From an uncultured Chitinophagales bacterium (GTDB taxonomy: Bacteria > Bacteroidota > Bacteroidia > Chitinophagales > JADIYW01), in NCBI GenBank assembly GCA_964507125.1, contig CAZDOT010000002.1, positions 14,863 to 78,862 of the forward strand: 64,000 nt of DNA, read 5' to 3'. A program made the position numbers and the translations under genes. This document shows, piece by piece, positions 62,645 through 64,000 of this stretch. The first letter of the stretch is position 1. Every line of letters begins with the position of its first letter. The notes under the pieces are model-generated. The model was not told the DNA's origin and ran no database searches. It was given only the letters and a program-made list of their open reading frames with translations.

Positions 62645-63991
62645 TCAAAACAATCTTTTATAAAATTCGGCAACTGTTTTTACTAAATTAATTTCAGCAT
62701 CGTGGCTGTTTACTTTTTGGTTGTATTTGGAAATATATATTTTTTCGTAGCCTAATTTTCCGGCTTCAGCAATGCGTTGCTCCACTTTGTTCACCGCACG
62801 TATTTCGCCACTCAATCCTACTTCACCACTAAACGAAAATTTATTACTAATTGCCACATCTTCATACGAAGAAAGCAAAGCCGCCACCACTGCTAAATCC
62901 ACCGCCGGATCTTCTACACGCAAACCACCTGCAATATTTAAAAACACATCTTTTGCACCAAATCTAAACCCACAACGTTTATCCAAAACGGCCAAAATCA
63001 TTCCTAAACGACGCAAATCATATCCGGTAGCACTGCGTTGTGGTGTGCCGTACACAGCAGGCGACACTAAGGCTTGCACTTCTACCAATAAGGCGCGCAT
63101 GCCTTCCATCGTTACGGCTATTGCCACACCACTCACCTGCTCATCACGTTGGGTGATCAACAACTCCGAAGGATTGCTCACGGCACGCATGCCATCGCCT
63201 CTCATCTCGTAAATTCCCAATTCGGCAGTAGAACCAAACCTGTTTTTTTGTGTGCGTAAGATGCGATAATTGTAATTTCTATCGCCTTCAAATTGCAATA
63301 CGGTATCTACAATATGTTCTAATATTTTGGGTCCGGCAATAGTACCTTCTTTAGTAATGTGGCCAACAATAAAAACAGGCAAATGATGTCGTTTGGCGTA
63401 TTGTTGTATTACGTGCGTTGTTTCGCGTATTTGTGATACACTGCCTGCCGCCGACTCAATCATCGATGTTTCCAATGTTTGTATCGAATCTATCACTAAC
63501 AATTGCGGTTGCACTTGCTCTATTTGTTGTACAATTGCTTCTACCGATGTTTCTGTAAATACATAAATTTCCGAATTATGTTGTTGAATTCTATCGGCAC
63601 GCATTTTTAGTTGTTGTTCACTTTCTTCACCGGAAACATACAGTGTTTTCAGGCCTTTTGTTTGCAACACAATTTGCAATAACAATGTCGATTTTCCAAT
63701 GCCGGGTTCGCCACCAATTAATATCAGTGAGCCGGGCACGATGCCGCCGCCTAATACTCTATTCAATTCCGAATCAGACGTAATAATGCGTTGTCGGTTT
63801 TCGGATGAGATAGTGCCAATGAGCTGTGGCTTGGATTTAGGTGCATTCACTACGGCTGCCGCTTTCGACTTCGGCTCTATCAATTCTTCTACAAAACTAT
63901 TCCACGCACCACAATTACCGCATTTTCCCATCCACTTTGGCGAATTTGTTCCACAACTTTGGCAAATATAAACACTCTTGGTTTTAGACAT
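62645..63991 (-). CDS. radA: DNA repair protein RadA
   Basis: Zinc finger CQSCGTNSPKWMGKCGNCGAWNS, Walker A GEPGIGKST, KNRFG, Lon-like C-terminus. TGA stop immediately followed by TAA. Confidence 0.97.
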   Translation of the reverse strand: MSKTKSVYICQSCGTNSPKWMGKCGNCGAWNSFVEELIEPKSKAAAVVNAPKSKPQLIGTISSENRQRIITSDSELNRVLGGGIVPGSLILIGGEPGIGKSTLLLQIVLQTKGLKTLYVSGEESEQQLKMRADRIQQHNSEIYVFTETSVEAIVQQIEQVQPQLLVIDSIQTLETSMIESAAGSVSQIRETTHVIQQYAKRHHLPVFIVGHITKEGTIAGPKILEHIVDTVLQFEGDRNYNYRILRTQKNRFGSTAELGIYEMRGDGMRAVSNPSELLITQRDEQVSGVAIAVTMEGMRALLVEVQALVSPAVYGTPQRSATGYDLRRLGMILAVLDKRCGFRFGAKDVFLNIAGGLRVEDPAVDLAVVAALLSSYEDVAISNKFSFSGEVGLSGEIRAVNKVEQRIAEAGKLGYEKIYISKYNQKVNSHDAEINLVKTVAEFYKRLF

Positions 63992-64000
63992 TTGTGTAAA

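Overview
AT-rich Bacteroidota chromosomal segment, about one-third G+C by eye. The phylum call rests on a T9SS C-terminal sorting domain, TAnnTTTG -7 boxes and the gene order. The content is almost entirely core housekeeping. The centre-left holds the classic minus-strand block tRNA-Thr/Tyr/Gly/Thr - tuf - tRNA-Trp - secE - nusG - rplK-rplA-rplJ-rplL - rpoB - rpoC, preceded by rpsU, a XerC/D-like recombinase and hpf. Other genes include sucD, mlaEF-like ABC genes, aroB, phoH, gatC, trpS, lepA, radA, comF, rlmD, a ClC channel, MoxR, two periplasmic PPIases, an OmpA protein with thrombospondin-3 repeats, an acyl-CoA dehydrogenase and a deoxynucleoside kinase. I count 51 complete CDS, one partial CDS, 5 tRNAs and about 10 stem-loop terminators. 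I saw no CRISPR array, IS element, prophage or recognisable defence island, and I cannot honestly point to a clear multi-gene novel system. The most unusual items are: (1) a 1995-codon T9SS cargo gene whose signal peptide lies in a 58-codon ORF separated from it by a single in-frame TGA; (2) a tight operon of an ILVBL/HACL2-like ThDP enzyme, an isochorismatase-family hydrolase and a long-chain acyl-CoA synthetase, sitting behind a perfect 16-bp palindrome; (3) two GC-richer structured or repeated intergenic elements at convergent gene ends (7425-7687 and 51957-52060); (4) -7 promoter boxes ending 4 nt before the ATG of trpS and lepA, which implies leaderless mRNAs; (5) TGA is a rare stop codon here (3 of 51 genes) and each case is backed by an in-frame TAA 0-5 codons downstream. 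All functional calls come from motif recognition in the supplied translations. No database search was run.
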